A stretch of DNA of 64,000 nucleotides, taken from the human T2T-CHM13v2.0 reference genome, Homo sapiens. The position numbers were made by a program, and so were the translations under genes. Numbering within the stretch: position 1 is the stretch's first letter; every line of letters begins with the position of its first letter. The notes beneath the pieces were generated by a model that was not told the origin of the DNA, searched no databases, and saw only the letters and a list, made by a program, of their open reading frames with translations. Shown piece by piece: positions 31,020 through 47,213 of the stretch. The DNA lies in NCBI RefSeq assembly GCF_009914755.1, contig NC_060945.1. One strand, 5' to 3'.

Positions 31020-31183
31020 TATCCTTCAGCCGAGACTCCCTAATGGTCAATAGCGTGCATATCCAAGTCAGTTATCTGAGGTCATGGATGCTGCCTTTGG
31101 CTATGAAATAGAACAAAACTAACTAGCCATGAGGGGATTAACTCCTGACCTTGGCCTCATTAGTGCTGAGCTCTAACCAACTG
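31020..31183 (-). mobile_element. tRNA-derived SINE relic (MamSINE1-like, tRNA-Ile-type head)
   Basis: Minus strand cagttggttagagctcagcactaatgaggccaaggtcaggagttaatcccc has degenerate A/B boxes and is followed by a non-tRNA body. Confidence 0.65.
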
Positions 31184-31387
31184 TTGGACACATATCATAT
31201 TGTTTGTCTTTAAAACTATGCTTGAATCTGCTATATTACTTTCTCATTAATATCTAGTAGCTGGGAATAATTTAATGGATTTTTCCAGTGCTTTTTATCA
31301 GTACAAAATGCTGATGAGTAAGTGTATAAAAAATTAAACTTGATTTTTAAAATATTTAATTTTATTATTATCATTATCCCTATTTTA

Positions 31388-32672
31388 CAAACGGTGCTGG
31401 GAAAACTGGCTAGCCATATGCAGAAAACTGAAACTGGACCCCTTCCTTATACCTTATACAAAAATTAACTCAAGATGGATTAAAGACTTAAATTTAAAAC
31501 CCAAAACTATAAAAAAAACCCTAGAAGAAAACGTAGGCAATACCATTCAGGACGTAGGTACAGGAAAAGATTTTACGATGAAATCACCAAAAGCAATTGC
31601 AACAAAAGCTAAAATTGACAAATGGGATCTAATTAAACTAAAGAGCTTCTGCACAGAAAAAGAAACTATCATCAGAATGAACAGGCAATCTACAGAATGG
31701 GAGAAAATTTTTGCAATCTACCATGTGACAAAGGTCTAGTATCCAGAATTTACAAGGAACTTAAACAAATTTCCAAGAAAAAAAAATAAACAGCCCCATC
31801 AAAAAGTAGGCAAAGGAGATGAACAGATACTTCTCAAAAGAAGACATTTATGCAGCCAACAAACATGAAGAAAGGCTCAACATCACTGATCATTAGAGAA
31901 ATGCAAATCAAAACCACAATGAGATACCATCTCACACCAGTCAGATGGTGATTATTAAAAAGTCAAGAAAAAACAGATGCTGGCGAGGATGTGGAGAAAT
32001 AGAAAGGTTTTTACACTGTTAGTGGGAATGTGAATCAGTTCATCCACTGTGGAAGACAGTGTGGTGATACCTCAAGGATCTGGAACCAGAAATACCATTT
32101 GACCCGGAAATACAATTTGACCCATATATCCCGTTACTGGGTATATACCCAAAGGAATATAAATCATTCTGTTATAAAGATACATGGACACTTACGTTTA
32201 TTACAGCACTATTCACAATAGCAAAGACATGGAACCAACCTAAATGTCCATCAATGATAGACTGGAAAAGAAAATGTGGTACATATACACCATGAAATAC
32301 TATGTGGCCATAAAGAGGAATGAGATCATGTCCTTTGCAGGGACATGGGTGAAGCTGGAAGCCATTATCCTCAGCAAACTAACACAGGAACAGAAGACCA
32401 AACATCACATGTTCTCACTCATAAGTGGGAGTTGAACAATGAGAACACATGGACACAGGGAGGGGAACAACACACACCAGGGACTGTTAGGGGGCAATGA
32501 CGAGGGGAGGGATAGCATTAGGACAAACACCTAATGTATGCGGGGCTTAAAACTTAGATGATGGGTTGATAGGTGCTGCAAAACACCATGACACGCATAT
32601 ACCTATGTAACAACCCTGCATGTCCTGCACATGTATCCCAGAACTTAAAGTGAAAAAAATTTAAAAGGAAAA
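31388..32672 (+). mobile_element. 5'-truncated L1PA (about L1PA7-8)
   Basis: ORF2 C-terminus, 3'UTR and A tail; short tandem duplication of aaataccatttgaccc at ~32090-32123. Confidence 0.9.
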
Positions 32673-33130
32673 GAAAACCCTGAAATATGAATTAGTAGGT
32701 GAAAAAATACCACTATAATAGATGTTCTTGTTTACAGCTGTCTACATTTGGTGGGAAATCTAAGGCTGAGTTGTCAAACACTCCACTATACCTAGGTGTC
32801 TGAGGCAATTTGTGGAGATTAAAATCTTGGGTTTTCTAATGCGCATCAACAGTAAATCCTGTTGCTTCTTCTTGTCCAGTAAAAATCAATACTTTTAGAT
32901 AAGAAGCATTGATTGCAAATTATTTTAAGCAGTTATTTTAAAATAACATCCAAGATTAAGTGAGAGTTTGACTTAAAGTCATTTAATCAAGGATACTAAA
33001 TTAAAAGATTACTCTGCCCGGGTGTGGTGGTTTGCAGAAGGAAAGGCAATGATCATTAACATGCACCATGCCAGGTGCTTAAAGAGGGTTACAACAACAT
33101 TTGATGCTCGCTGCAAACCAAGAGACAGAA

Positions 33131-33370
33131 TTTATTATTATTATTATTATTATACTTCAAGTTCTAGGGTACATGTGCACAACGTTGTATACATGTGCCA
33201 TGTTGGTTTGCTGCACCCATCAGCTCATCATTTACATTTGGTATTTCTCCTAATGCTATCCCTCCCCCAGTCCCCCACCCCACAACAGGCCCTGGTGTGT
33301 GATGTTCCCTGCCCTGTGTCCAAGTGTTCTCATTGTTTAATTCCCACCTATGAGTGAGAACATGCAGTGT
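33131..33370 (-). mobile_element. Short L1PA 3' end with (TTA)n tail
   Basis: Reverse L1 3'UTR (ttctagggtacatgtgcacaacg ... ttcccacctatgagtgagaacatg). Confidence 0.9.
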
Positions 33371-33869
33371 TTTGGATTTCTGCAAGAGACATAAATTTTT
33401 ATTCATATTCTATTGCTCAGAAAACTTAGGGTCAGAGAAATTCAATCACATTCCCAAAGACACCGTTCCCAGTCTGAGAGCAGAAATAAAATGTAAGTCT
33501 ATTCACCCATCTCAAGTTCTTTTCACTGTGTTCTCTAGATATCAGAACATATTTAGCACATGTATTATAAGGTTGGGTTATTTTTCCTACCATCGTTCCC
33601 TCTTCCTCACTTCTCATCTCCCAAAAAGACACTCTTCTAATCAACCCCTCTTAATCTCTCTCACTCTTGTGTACACGTGCATGCACATAACTCCTCACCC
33701 CACTGCCACCGCACACACTTGTGGCAGAGAGACCAAAAAACAGGACTACTACTTGGGATCCAGAACTCCAGCCTAGACTCCATCTGTCACTGCAGTCAAG
33801 TCACTAATCTCATCTTCCTCATTGGTAAATGGATGTGTTTCCTATAATTTTATCTCTAAGGATATAACT

Positions 33870-34220
<351 letters not shown>

Positions 34221-34387
34221 TTATACTTTAACATCTGTGCTCTTTCAAAAAGTTTATAACTAATTGCCTATCATCAAACATTTTTATACTTTAACATCTA
34301 TACTTCCCTAAGTGAAGAGGAGAATTGATATTATCTGGTTACTTTTATGCCTCTGCGCCATCAGCAATTTCAAGCCTTCAATCCTAC

Positions 34388-34812
34388 CTTGTCCAATATG
34401 GCAGCCATCCATAGTCTCAAGTGGCTATTGAGTGCTTAATATGTGGCTGATACAACTTAGGAAGTGAATTTTAATTTAATTTAATTTTAATTTTAATTTA
34501 AAACCAAAGGTGAGATTTTTTTTGCTGGGACTGATTGCACTTAAACCATTGAAGTTTCAGCATCGAACTGAAATGTGCTCTTAACTATAAAATACACATC
34601 AGATTTCAAAGTGTTAGTTTAGAAACAAGCATACAAAAATCTCATTAATTTTATACTGATTACATGTTGAAATGATAATACTTTAGCTATATTGGCTTAA
34701 TTCAATATGTTATTAAAATTAATTTAACCTGTCTCTCTTTTTAAAACAGTTTATTTTGACAACTAGAATAACTAAAATGTGTGAGTCACGTTATATTTCT
34801 AATGGACAGGAC
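34388..34812. mobile_element. hAT-Charlie fossil (MER33/Charlie1-like)
   Basis: Ends tgtccaata... / ...taatggacag are inverted; gtggctattgagtgctt motif. Confidence 0.65.
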
Positions 34813-35504
34813 TGCTGTAATTGTCTTTTAGCAATGTAATAGGTCCAAGATGGGGTTTGGGTATCTGTTTGTCTTCAGGTAATCCTTCAATTCAGCTGCT
34901 ATTGAGAATGACTGCCAGAAGTTGCAGCAAAGATTTTGTGTATCAACTCCCTTGTGATTTATTCTCTAAAATAATGTGATTGAATAATCTTGCTTGTTTT
35001 GGTCATCAGTCTGTATCTTAACTGAAAAAAAAAAGGTCTTAATCTATTAACAGTTTACAGGACCCAAGTATTGCAGAGGGGTTGTTATATCCAACTCATT
35101 TTAAATGTTACCATAAAGCTGTGCCTGGGGCCGGCTTAACACAAATTATATTCTCTAGAGACAAAAGATAGCCACCTTCTGAAAGCCAGCCATCCTTCAC
35201 GTACACTGCAAAGGAGTTCCAGTGGTGAGATGGCACTGTTTGTGTGTGTGTGTGTTTTGGTTTGAGTGTAGTGACACCAATTATGATAAGGATTAAAGAT
35301 CCTGGGAGGGGAGAGTGGTGGACATAGTAGACTTCCCCTTAACATTCCCCCACCTACCTTCTGGTGTGTCTTTCTCTTTGCAAAAACCAGAAGACTAAAA
35401 ACCACATTATATACATTCCCGCAAAGCTTGGATAGCAGATATGATTTAGACTTGGCAGATTATACGAATCCTTGTGAAATTTGGAAAGTGGGATGTGAAA
35501 GTGG

Positions 35505-35945
35505 AGGCCACATCCGGTAGCCATGTTAAAGGAAATGAGCAAAATTTCCTTTTTACCTAAAATATATCAAATATTATCACTTCATCAAATCATCATTACA
35601 AAATTATTAATAACCTATGTTTTACTCATTTTTTATATGAAGTCTGTAAAACATATTATATATTTTACACTTATTGTCCATCTGCATTTGGACTAGTCAC
35701 TTTTCAAGTACTCAATTGCCACCTGTGGTTGTACAGTGTAGCTCTAGGGCAGGGGTTAGCAAACTTTTTCTGTGAAAATCAGATAGAAATATTTTAGGTT
35801 TGTGAGACACAGTTTCTATTGCATTCTACTGTCTCCTTTATTTTTGTTTCTGTTTTTAAATATACTTTTAAAAATATAAAAGCTATTTTTAGCTCGTGCA
35901 TGATACAATTACGGGCTGCCTAAGGCTATGATTTTCAGTCCCTAC
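35505..35945. mobile_element. MER3-like followed by MER58-like hAT fossils
   Basis: ttggactagtcacttttcaagtactcaattgccac, then caggggttagcaaactttttctgtgaaaatcagatagaaatattttagg. Confidence 0.6.
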
Positions 35946-36525
35946 TGTAGAGTGAAAATCAGCCCTTCTGAGCGTTCTCTAACTTCTATGCTAAATCCTG
36001 CCTGCTTCTAGTAGCAAGAGTAGATTCTGTTTTCCACAGTTGAATTTGGCAAATTTATACGGAACATTATTCACCTTGTTCTACAGTGTAAGGAAATAGA
36101 GACTGCAAGACTTGAAGCAACTTTCCAAGGTCATATAGCTTCTAAGTGACAGAGCTAGAAAGAGAATCCACAACTGCTCAAATCCAAAGCTGACAATTTT
36201 ATCCGCTGCATCATTGGCTCTCCATTATTATTAAGACTTTCTTTAGCTTGAGTAATGAACCTTCACTGATCCATTTATTTAGCTGACAAATATTTATTGA
36301 ATGACCACTATGCAGAAGATATGAATAATAGGAACAATGCCTTTGACCCACATTTAAGCACATTTTTTAAAAGGCTCAAGTTTTCTATTAATTTATGAGA
36401 TACAAAATGAAGTGGAAAATTGACAATTATTTGCTTACTTCAGTCAATATAGACAGCAAGTCAGATAATTCAGGCTTGATCCAGTTAGCCCCAAATTGGC
36501 AGAGATACAAACATTTTATGTTCTC

Positions 36526-36922
36526 TGTCTTAATCTGTTTTGTGTTGCTGTAACAGAATACCTGAGACTGGGTAATTTATAGCAAACAGGAATTTACTGG
36601 CTCACAGTTCTGGAAGCTGAGAAGTCCAAGACAGAGGGGCCACATCTCGTGAGGACCTTCTTCCTGTGTCACTCCATGGCAGAAAGCAAAAGGGCAAAAG
36701 AGGGCAAAACAAAGAAAACAAGAGAGGGCCAAACTTGGCTTTTATAACAAACCCACTCTTGATTACAAACTCACTCTCATGATAACGACATTAATCCATT
36801 TGTAAGATTAGAGCTTTCATGATCTATTAATCTCTTCTTAAAAGTCCCACCTGTCAATATGATTGCACTGGGGATTAAATTTCCAACACATGAACTTTAG
36901 GAGAGACATCCAAACCATAGCA
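36526..36922 (-). mobile_element. MST (MSTB-like) MaLR LTR
   Basis: tgtcttaatctgttttgtgttgctgtaacagaatacctgagactgggtaattt ... ccaaaccatagca; exact 5-bp TSD ttctc. Confidence 0.88.
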
Positions 36923-39107
36923 TTCTCACTCTTTTTCTAATTCAAATACTTTGTGAGCTTCAGACATAAGGAGATACTAAAATAGATACAGAATCAAGCA
37001 GTTACAGGCTACATTTAAAATAACATTATGGAGTGATCAGTCCTTAGGCTAATATGTTAGTTTTTTTTTCAGCGCATTTACTTAGCCGCATGCTTGTTCA
37101 CTCCCGCTAGTTTTTGGCCGTTGTCCTCCAATACTTTATGCCTTTCCTAATATACTGCAAGTGGATCACCTATTATTTCTCTTTTAAACATTTAATAATG
37201 TCCTATATCTTAAATTGGTTTCTCTTTGGACGAGCTATCCATTATCAACCTTCCTGAAAGTGCAATTAAAATACAAACTAGGCATTTACGATGATGTATG
37301 ATATTCTTCATTTAAAACCCCCAAATAAACCTCTTTCTGTTCAATGCCTCTACCCCATAATTATACATATGAACTACACTGGATCATCTCCTTTGAGAAT
37401 ATTGATGATCTTATGTTCATCTATGGAACTCCCACTATGTTCAAAGCAGTGATATCCAAAGGGTGAAATTCCTAGTAAGTATGAATAAATAATATATTTC
37501 ATAAGGGAAGCCAAAAGCCAAGGATTCTTCTCTCATTTTGATTTTCCTTTTTCAATTCATGTGGCAACTGACATTATTTTTATTATGGGCTATAGTTTCC
37601 TCCGTAACAAATAGTTGTATTGTCAGTTTGGTTCTAGAGATTTTGGGAGTAACTCTCTTCTCTGGAAAGGTTACAAATACCCGGATTGAGGACTGGAAGC
37701 TTGAGCCATAACTCCATTAGCTTTCAGAGTATTTCAGGGTGATTTCAGAGTATTTCTGAGGAACCAGTCCAAATGGAATAATATTTTTTTCTGGTACTGT
37801 TAAGTCTGGTCCGAAACTTTTTTTCCTTACATCAAGATGGGGGAAGGAAGTGCCAATACCAGGAGAAAAAGAAAAAAATCTATTCTTCAAAAGCTGAGAA
37901 AGAAATATAGGAAAGCTCCAAACCATTAACTGGGGATACTAAGAAAGCAGGTACTTAAAATACCTTGATTTAATTATTTAAAAAATTAACTTTATTCATC
38001 TAAGCTGTGAAATAATTTTCATTCGGAATATAATAAGTATTAATAATACTTTGATGGGAATGACATAATTCAACAACTAAAAAGTGAAATTGAGGGTTGA
38101 ACTGACTTTTCAGTATGCCTGTATACATACATACATGTTTGTATGTATACATATATTTTTAATTAAATGCTGAGAAATTACAGAGAAAGACAGAGCTATA
38201 GCAATTTAAATCATGTTTTTATCATTCTCGTCTTCTTTTGCAATATAAATGAAGTTTGAAAAAATTTTAGTCGACTAGTTGGCCATGAAATGGTTTGGTT
38301 TTTATGCATATTTACTTAAATGTGTGAGACATTTAAGAAAATATCTTCAGGCTCTTCAGCCTATTCAATTTTTCTTTTTAATTGTGGGGTGAAAATGCTT
38401 ATGAACAATTTGCATTGTCAATTGACAGCCTCCATGTGAATGGTTTATATCTCTCACACTAATATGTGCAAAATATTATTGCCCCCTCTTATGCATATCT
38501 AGCAACACCAACATCTTAGAGACATTAAAAAAGGTGTAAAGGTAAGGGAAGAGTTTCCACTGCATTGAAAAATATTTTTGTATTATTTTTATGTTACTGA
38601 GACTTATTATTAAACTTGCTTTCTAACATTGCTTTCTAATTGCTCCAAGCTTTCAAAAAACCAAAACTTTGAAAGCTATGATAATAAGCCATTTTTAATG
38701 CACCCAAAGAACAAAATAGGTATATGTGAAGGTAAGCGCAAAACTTAAAAGTAATTTGTTGTTACCCTTTCTCTAAAGCACAAAAGATCTGAGTTTGTAT
38801 CCTGGTGCATCCTCTCTTTGAGTGGGCAAGTTATTTAACCTTTTCAACATTTCTAAATCTCTCTAAAATTGTTGTGAGAATAAACATAAATAATTTCATG
38901 TATACATCTATTACCTTACAAAAATAAGGCACTGAATAAATGATCATTATTATTTTTTGTGTTATCAGGAAAAGTGTGATTTTAAGAACAGGAAGTGGCA
39001 TCTAAATCTGTAAGTATATGGAAGTTCTTTATCTGTAGTAGACATAGGCTGGTTTATATTGTCCTAAGCCACAACAAAAGTAAAAGAAGTTTATATGTAT
39101 TAAATTA

Positions 39108-39521
39108 TAGTTGACCCTTTAACAACATGGAGGTTAGGGTTGCTGACACCCCATGTAGTCCAAAATTTTCATATAACTTTTGACTCCCTAAAAACTTTAC
39201 TAATAGTCTACTATTGACTGGAAGACTTACTGATAACATAAATAGTCAATCGATACACATGTTGTATGTTATATGTATTATATACTGTGTTCTTACAAGT
39301 AAGTAAGCTAGAGAAAAGAAAATGTTAATAAGAACATGAGCAAGAGAAAATACATTTATTATTCAGTAAGTGGAAGTGGATCATCATAAAGGTCTTTATT
39401 CCTGTCATCTTCACATTGAGTAGGCTGAGGAGGACGAGGAATAGGAGCAGTTGTGGCGAAAGAAAATCTGTGTATAAGTGGACCTGCACAGCTTGAACCC
39501 ATGTTGTTCAAGGGTTGACTG
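39108..39521. mobile_element. Tigger2a-like non-autonomous DNA transposon
   Basis: TIRs agttgaccctttaacaacatgg / ccatgttgttcaagggttgactg with TA flanks. Confidence 0.85.
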
Positions 39522-39754
39522 TATTTTAAAGACAGATCAATTGCACAAGAGTTAGAATAGCCAGCACTGTTAAACAGGGACAGGTACAATTTTGTATAAT
39601 GCAGAGAACTCTATCTCTAGTAATTTTAAAGATAATTCACAGAACAATTTGCATTTGCCAGTTTGTAACACTTACCTTTTACAAATGATGGTGTGTATCC
39701 ATAAATTCAGGAAACAGTTTATTACAGTGGTTAGAGCATAAACTTTGAAAGCAG

Positions 39755-39940
39755 CCAGTGATGTGTCAGAATCAGCACTTGAGATAATTATTAACTAAAT
39801 ATTCAGATACTGCAAACCTGTAGTTAAACTATGGGTAGCTTGAAATTGGCCATGGTGGAGCATTTACACTGTGGAAATTGACAAACGCATAAATCTAGGT
39901 CTCCCTCACAACCACCACCTGATTTGCCAGAAACTACTGA
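39755..39940. mobile_element. MER63-like hAT fossil nested in a MIR (~39710-40110)
   Basis: ttgaaattggccatggtggagcatttacactgtggaaattgacaaacg core; MIR-like flanks. Confidence 0.65.
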
Positions 39941-40310
39941 TTCAGATATGTATCTGTTTAAATGCCAACTTTAACACTTAATAGTTTATAGCCTTTAGTA
40001 TCTTATCTTGCCTTTCTTTCTCGCAACTTCCAAATCTAGAAAATGATATAATTATTTATAGTCATAAGGTTGCTTTGAGGATTGTGTTAACTTATATAAT
40101 CATCTAGTGCACATTCAATAAATGGTGGTTCATATTAATAAGCCAAAATCATAAAAAAGACAACAAGAAAGAGAAAAGCAGAAACTAAAGGAAAAGGAAT
40201 AACTTTCTGAGAACAGTGAATTTTTGCTGTATTAATAAGTATCATTAGGCAAGAGATTCTAGAACTATAATAGAGAAAAAAAAATCCACTCCAGTCAATG
40301 CTTCACTCAC

Positions 40311-40442
40311 CACGAAGAGATTGTTTGGTGTTTGTTCACTCTCTCCAAAGGGTGGGATAGGAGAATCAGTTCTACTAGACATGTTTTCTTGGTTAGCTTG
40401 TTGCTCTGGGATTGGCTCATATAAGCTATCCATAGAGCCCTC
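40311..40442 (-). CDS. SAMSN1: Coding exon 2 (EGSMDSLYEPIPEQQANQENMSSRTDSPIPPFGESEQTPNNLFV)
   Basis: Acceptor ctctgtattgcag|GAG and donor GTG|gtgagt; 132 nt, phase 0/0, open frame in non-repeat DNA; lies inside track ORF 40245..40448. Confidence 0.85.
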
Positions 40443-43400
40443 CTGCAATACAGAGATTTATGAGTCAAGGAATAACAGAATAATAATTTTCCTTTAAAAG
40501 GTACCTAATTTATACACCCACCTTTATATAGTACTTTATTTAAATTATCCTGGGCATAGGGATTAAGAGTTTACAGTATGCTAACTTTCAACAGTGAACA
40601 ATACAGTAAAGCCAGGAATTATTACACAGCCAGGAATTACTATTACCACCATTATTACAGAGCCAAGAATTTAAACAAGAGTTTAAGTGTTGCAGAGGCA
40701 GGCACACAATGAGGGAATTCCTCAAGAGGTATGTTGAAGACATTAAGCTCAAAAAACTAAATAAATGCCTTTTGAGACACCAATAAACTGTGTTGGTTAC
40801 AGATTTGAGTTACATGTATGTCTCTAATTGGTACCACCTCCCTTTATAAGAAATACAGTCTGCTCTACTTAGCTTTCTCAACTGTAAAGTAGCAGTTTCA
40901 ATGGCAGAGGAGGCGAAGTAAGATGGCAGAATAGAAAGCTCCACTGATCGTTTCTCCACAATAAGGACACCAAGTTAACAACTATCTACACAGAAAAACA
41001 ACACCCTCATAAGAATCAAAATTCAGGTGAGCACTCATAGTACCTGGTTTTAACATCAAATCACTAAAAGAGGCACTGAAGAGATAGAAAAAACAGTCCC
41101 GAATCTCCGACGCCACTCCTCCCCTACCGTGGCACCTGCGGCCTGGTGTGGAGAGCATCTCTGGGATCTGGGGAAGGGAGAACACAGCCATCGTGCGGCA
41201 TTGAACTTAGTGCTGTCCTGTTAGAGAAGAAAGAAAACCCAGACCAAACTCAGCTGATGCCCAGCCATAGAGGGAGCATTTAAACGAGCCCTGGCCAGAA
41301 GGGAATCTCTGATCCCAATGGTCCAAGGTTGAGTGCCTGCAAACCTTGCCGCCCAGGGCTGCAGCACTCTGTGTCTCCAGTAAACTTGAAAGGCAGTCTA
41401 GAACACAAGGACTGCAACTCCTATGTGTGTCTCAGTGTGAACTAAGCCCAGAGACAGTAGACTGAGGGGGCATGTAACACACTGAGACACCGGTTGGGGC
41501 AGCCAAGGGAGTGCAGGCATCACCCTGCCCCTAACCCTAGGCTGCATATCTTGAGGCTCCAAAAGAGACCCCTTCCTTCTGCTTGAGGAGAGACGGAAGT
41601 GTAGGGAGGCCTTTGTCTTGCATCGAGGGTACCAGCTCAGCCATAGCATAATAGGGCACTGATAAGAGTCATGAGGTACCCCCCTTCCGGGCCCTAGCTC
41701 CCAGATGACATTTCTAGGCAACCTTGGGCCAGAAGGAAACCGCTGCCCTGAAGGAAAGGGTTCAGTCCTGGCAGTATTCATTACCTGCTAACCGAAGAGC
41801 CCTTGGGCCCTGAATAGCCAGCAGTGATACCCAGGTACTACATCAAGGGCCTTGGGAAAGCCTCTGAGACTTAGTGGCTTTAGATGAGACTCAGCACATT
41901 ACTAGCTGTGGTGGCTACAGAGGAAAACTTCTGTTTGAGAAAAGCAGAGGGAAATGCAAAGGGGACTTTATCTTGCACTTTAGGTACCAGCACAGCCACA
42001 TGGGGGTAGAGCACTGACTGGGCTCTTGTAATCTCTTATTCCAGGACTGTATGCTTGGATGGCATTTCTGGACATGCCCTGGGCCAGAGGGGAGTCCAGT
42101 GCCCTGCAGGGTAAATCCCAGGCCAGGTAGCATTCACAAAAAGCTGACTTAAGAGACCTTGGGCCTTAAGAGAGCATCTGTGGTAGTCTAGCAGTACTCC
42201 TTGTACCTAGGGTGGTATGGCTACAGAGTGAGGCTCCTCTGTCTTTAAAAACTGGAGAGAAGAGTGGGAAGGCTGGTGTGGTTTGAGTGCCAGCTCAGCT
42301 GTAATACAATAACACCAGGTAGACTTCTAATGTTTTAGACTCTAATCCCTGACTCCTGGACTGCACTTCTGGACTCACCCAGGGCCTGGGGGCCTTCAGT
42401 GCCCTGAAGGGAAGCACAGAGGCATGACAGGATTTGCCACCTGCTGACTGTAGAGCCTGAGCGCTTTGAGTGAACACAGGCAGTAGCCAGGGAGTGGTTA
42501 CAGCAGGCCTTGGGCAAGACCCAGTGTTGTGCTGGCTTCAGGTCTGACCCAGCACAGTCACAGCAGTGGTAGCCACAGGGGTGCCAGTGTCATTCCACTT
42601 CCAGCTTTCAGTAACTCATAACACAGAGAGAGACTCTGTATGTTTGGGAGAAAGTAATAAAAGAGAACAAGAGTCTCTGACTGGTCATCCAGGGAGTTCT
42701 CCCATATCTGGTCGAAAACCATCAATGAGGTACTTTGAGTCTGCAAGAACCACAGTGCTACTGGGCTTGGGATATCCCCTAAAGCAGATACAGCTTAGAT
42801 TACAAAACACAAGTCCTTTCAAATATCTGGAAAGCCTCCTCAAGAGGGACAGCTACAAATAATCCAAGACAGTGAAGACTAGAATAAATACTTAACTCCT
42901 TAATGCCCACACACCGAAGAACATCTACTAGCATCAACACCATCCAGAAAAACAGGACCTCACCAACTAAACTAAATAAGGCACCAGGGACCAATCCTGG
43001 AGAAAGAGATATGTGACCTTTCAGATAATTTGAAATAGATGTGTTGAGGAAACTCAAAAGAAATTCAAAATAACACGGATAAGGAATTCAGAATTCTATC
43101 CAATAAATTAACAAATAAACTGAAATGATTAAAAAGAATCAAGCAGAAATCCTGGAACTGAAAAATGCAATTGGCACACTGAAGAATGCATCAGAGTCCT
43201 TTAATAGCAGAATGTATAAGCAGAAGAAAGAATTAGTGAGCCTAAAGACAGCTATTTTAAAATACACAGTCAGAGGAGACAAAAGAAAAAAGAACAAAAA
43301 ACAACGTAGCGCAACTACAGGATCTAGAAAATTGCCTCAAAAGGGCAAATCTAAGAGTTATTGGCCTTAAAGAGGACGTAGATAAAGAGATAGGGATAGA

Positions 43401-44491
43401 AAGTTTATTCAAAAGGATAATAACAGAGAACTTCCCAAACCTAGAGAAAGATATCAGTAGCCAAGTACAAGAAGGTTATAGAACACCAAGCAGATTTAAC
43501 CCTAGGAAGACTACCTCAAGGTATTTAATAATCAAATCCCAACTATCAAGGATAAAGAAAGAATTCTAAAAGCCACAAGAGAAAAGAAACAAATAACATA
43601 CAATTGAGCGCCTATATGTCCGGCAACAGACTTTTCAGTGGAAACCTTACAGGCCAGGAGAGAGTAGCATGACATATTTAAAGTGCTTAAGGAAAATAAT
43701 TTTTACCCCAGAATAATGTATCTGGTGAAAATATCTTTCAAACATAAAGAAATAAAGACTTTCCCAGGCATACAAAAGCTGAGGGATTTCAAGAACGCCA
43801 GGTCAGTCCTATAAGAAATGCTAAAGGGAGTACTTCAATCAGAAAGAAAAGGACAGTAATGAGCAATAAATAATCACCTGAAGGTACAAAACTCACTGGT
43901 AATAGTAAGTACACAGACATATACAGAATATTATAACACTGTAACTGTGGTGTGTAAAATAATCTTAAGTAGGAAGATTAAAGAATGAACCAATGAAAGA
44001 TAATAACTACAACAGCTTTTCAAGACACTGTCAGTACAATAAGACATAAATAGAAGCAATGAAAAGTTAAAAAGCAGGGAGACAAAGTTAATGTATAGAG
44101 TTTTAATTAGTTTTCTTTTTGCTTGTTTGTTTGTGCAAATAGTGTTAAGTTGTCAGCAGGTTAAAATAATGAGTCATAATATTTGCAAACCTCATGGTAA
44201 ACTCAAACCAAAAAACATACAATGAATATACAAGAATTAAAAAGCAAGAAACTAAACCATGTCTCCAGACAAAGTCACCTTCACTAGACAAAGACAGGAA
44301 GGAGAGAAAGAAGGAAGATAAGACCATAAAACAACCCGAAAACAAGTAATAAATGGCAAGAGTAAGTCCTTAATTATCAATAATAACATTGAATGTAAAT
44401 GAACTAAAATCTCCAATCAAAAGACATAGACTGGCTGCATGAATGAAAAAACATAACCCATCAATCTGTTGCCTGCAAGAAACACACTTCA

Positions 44492-46780
<2,289 letters not shown>

Positions 46781-46796
46781 AAAGCACATACAGACT

Positions 46797-47213
<417 letters not shown>

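Noticed and set aside
31120-31183. tRNA-Ile-like gene
   Set aside because: Degenerate B box, missing 5' stem, and continuation into a SINE body; treated as a SINE relic.
40609-40671. Three short agccaRgaatt repeats with spacers (array-like)
   Set aside because: Simple local slippage duplication; eukaryotic context with no CRISPR features.
41540-42450. Internal few-hundred-bp repeats in a GC-richer region
   Set aside because: Explained by the repetitive 5'UTR of the old L1.
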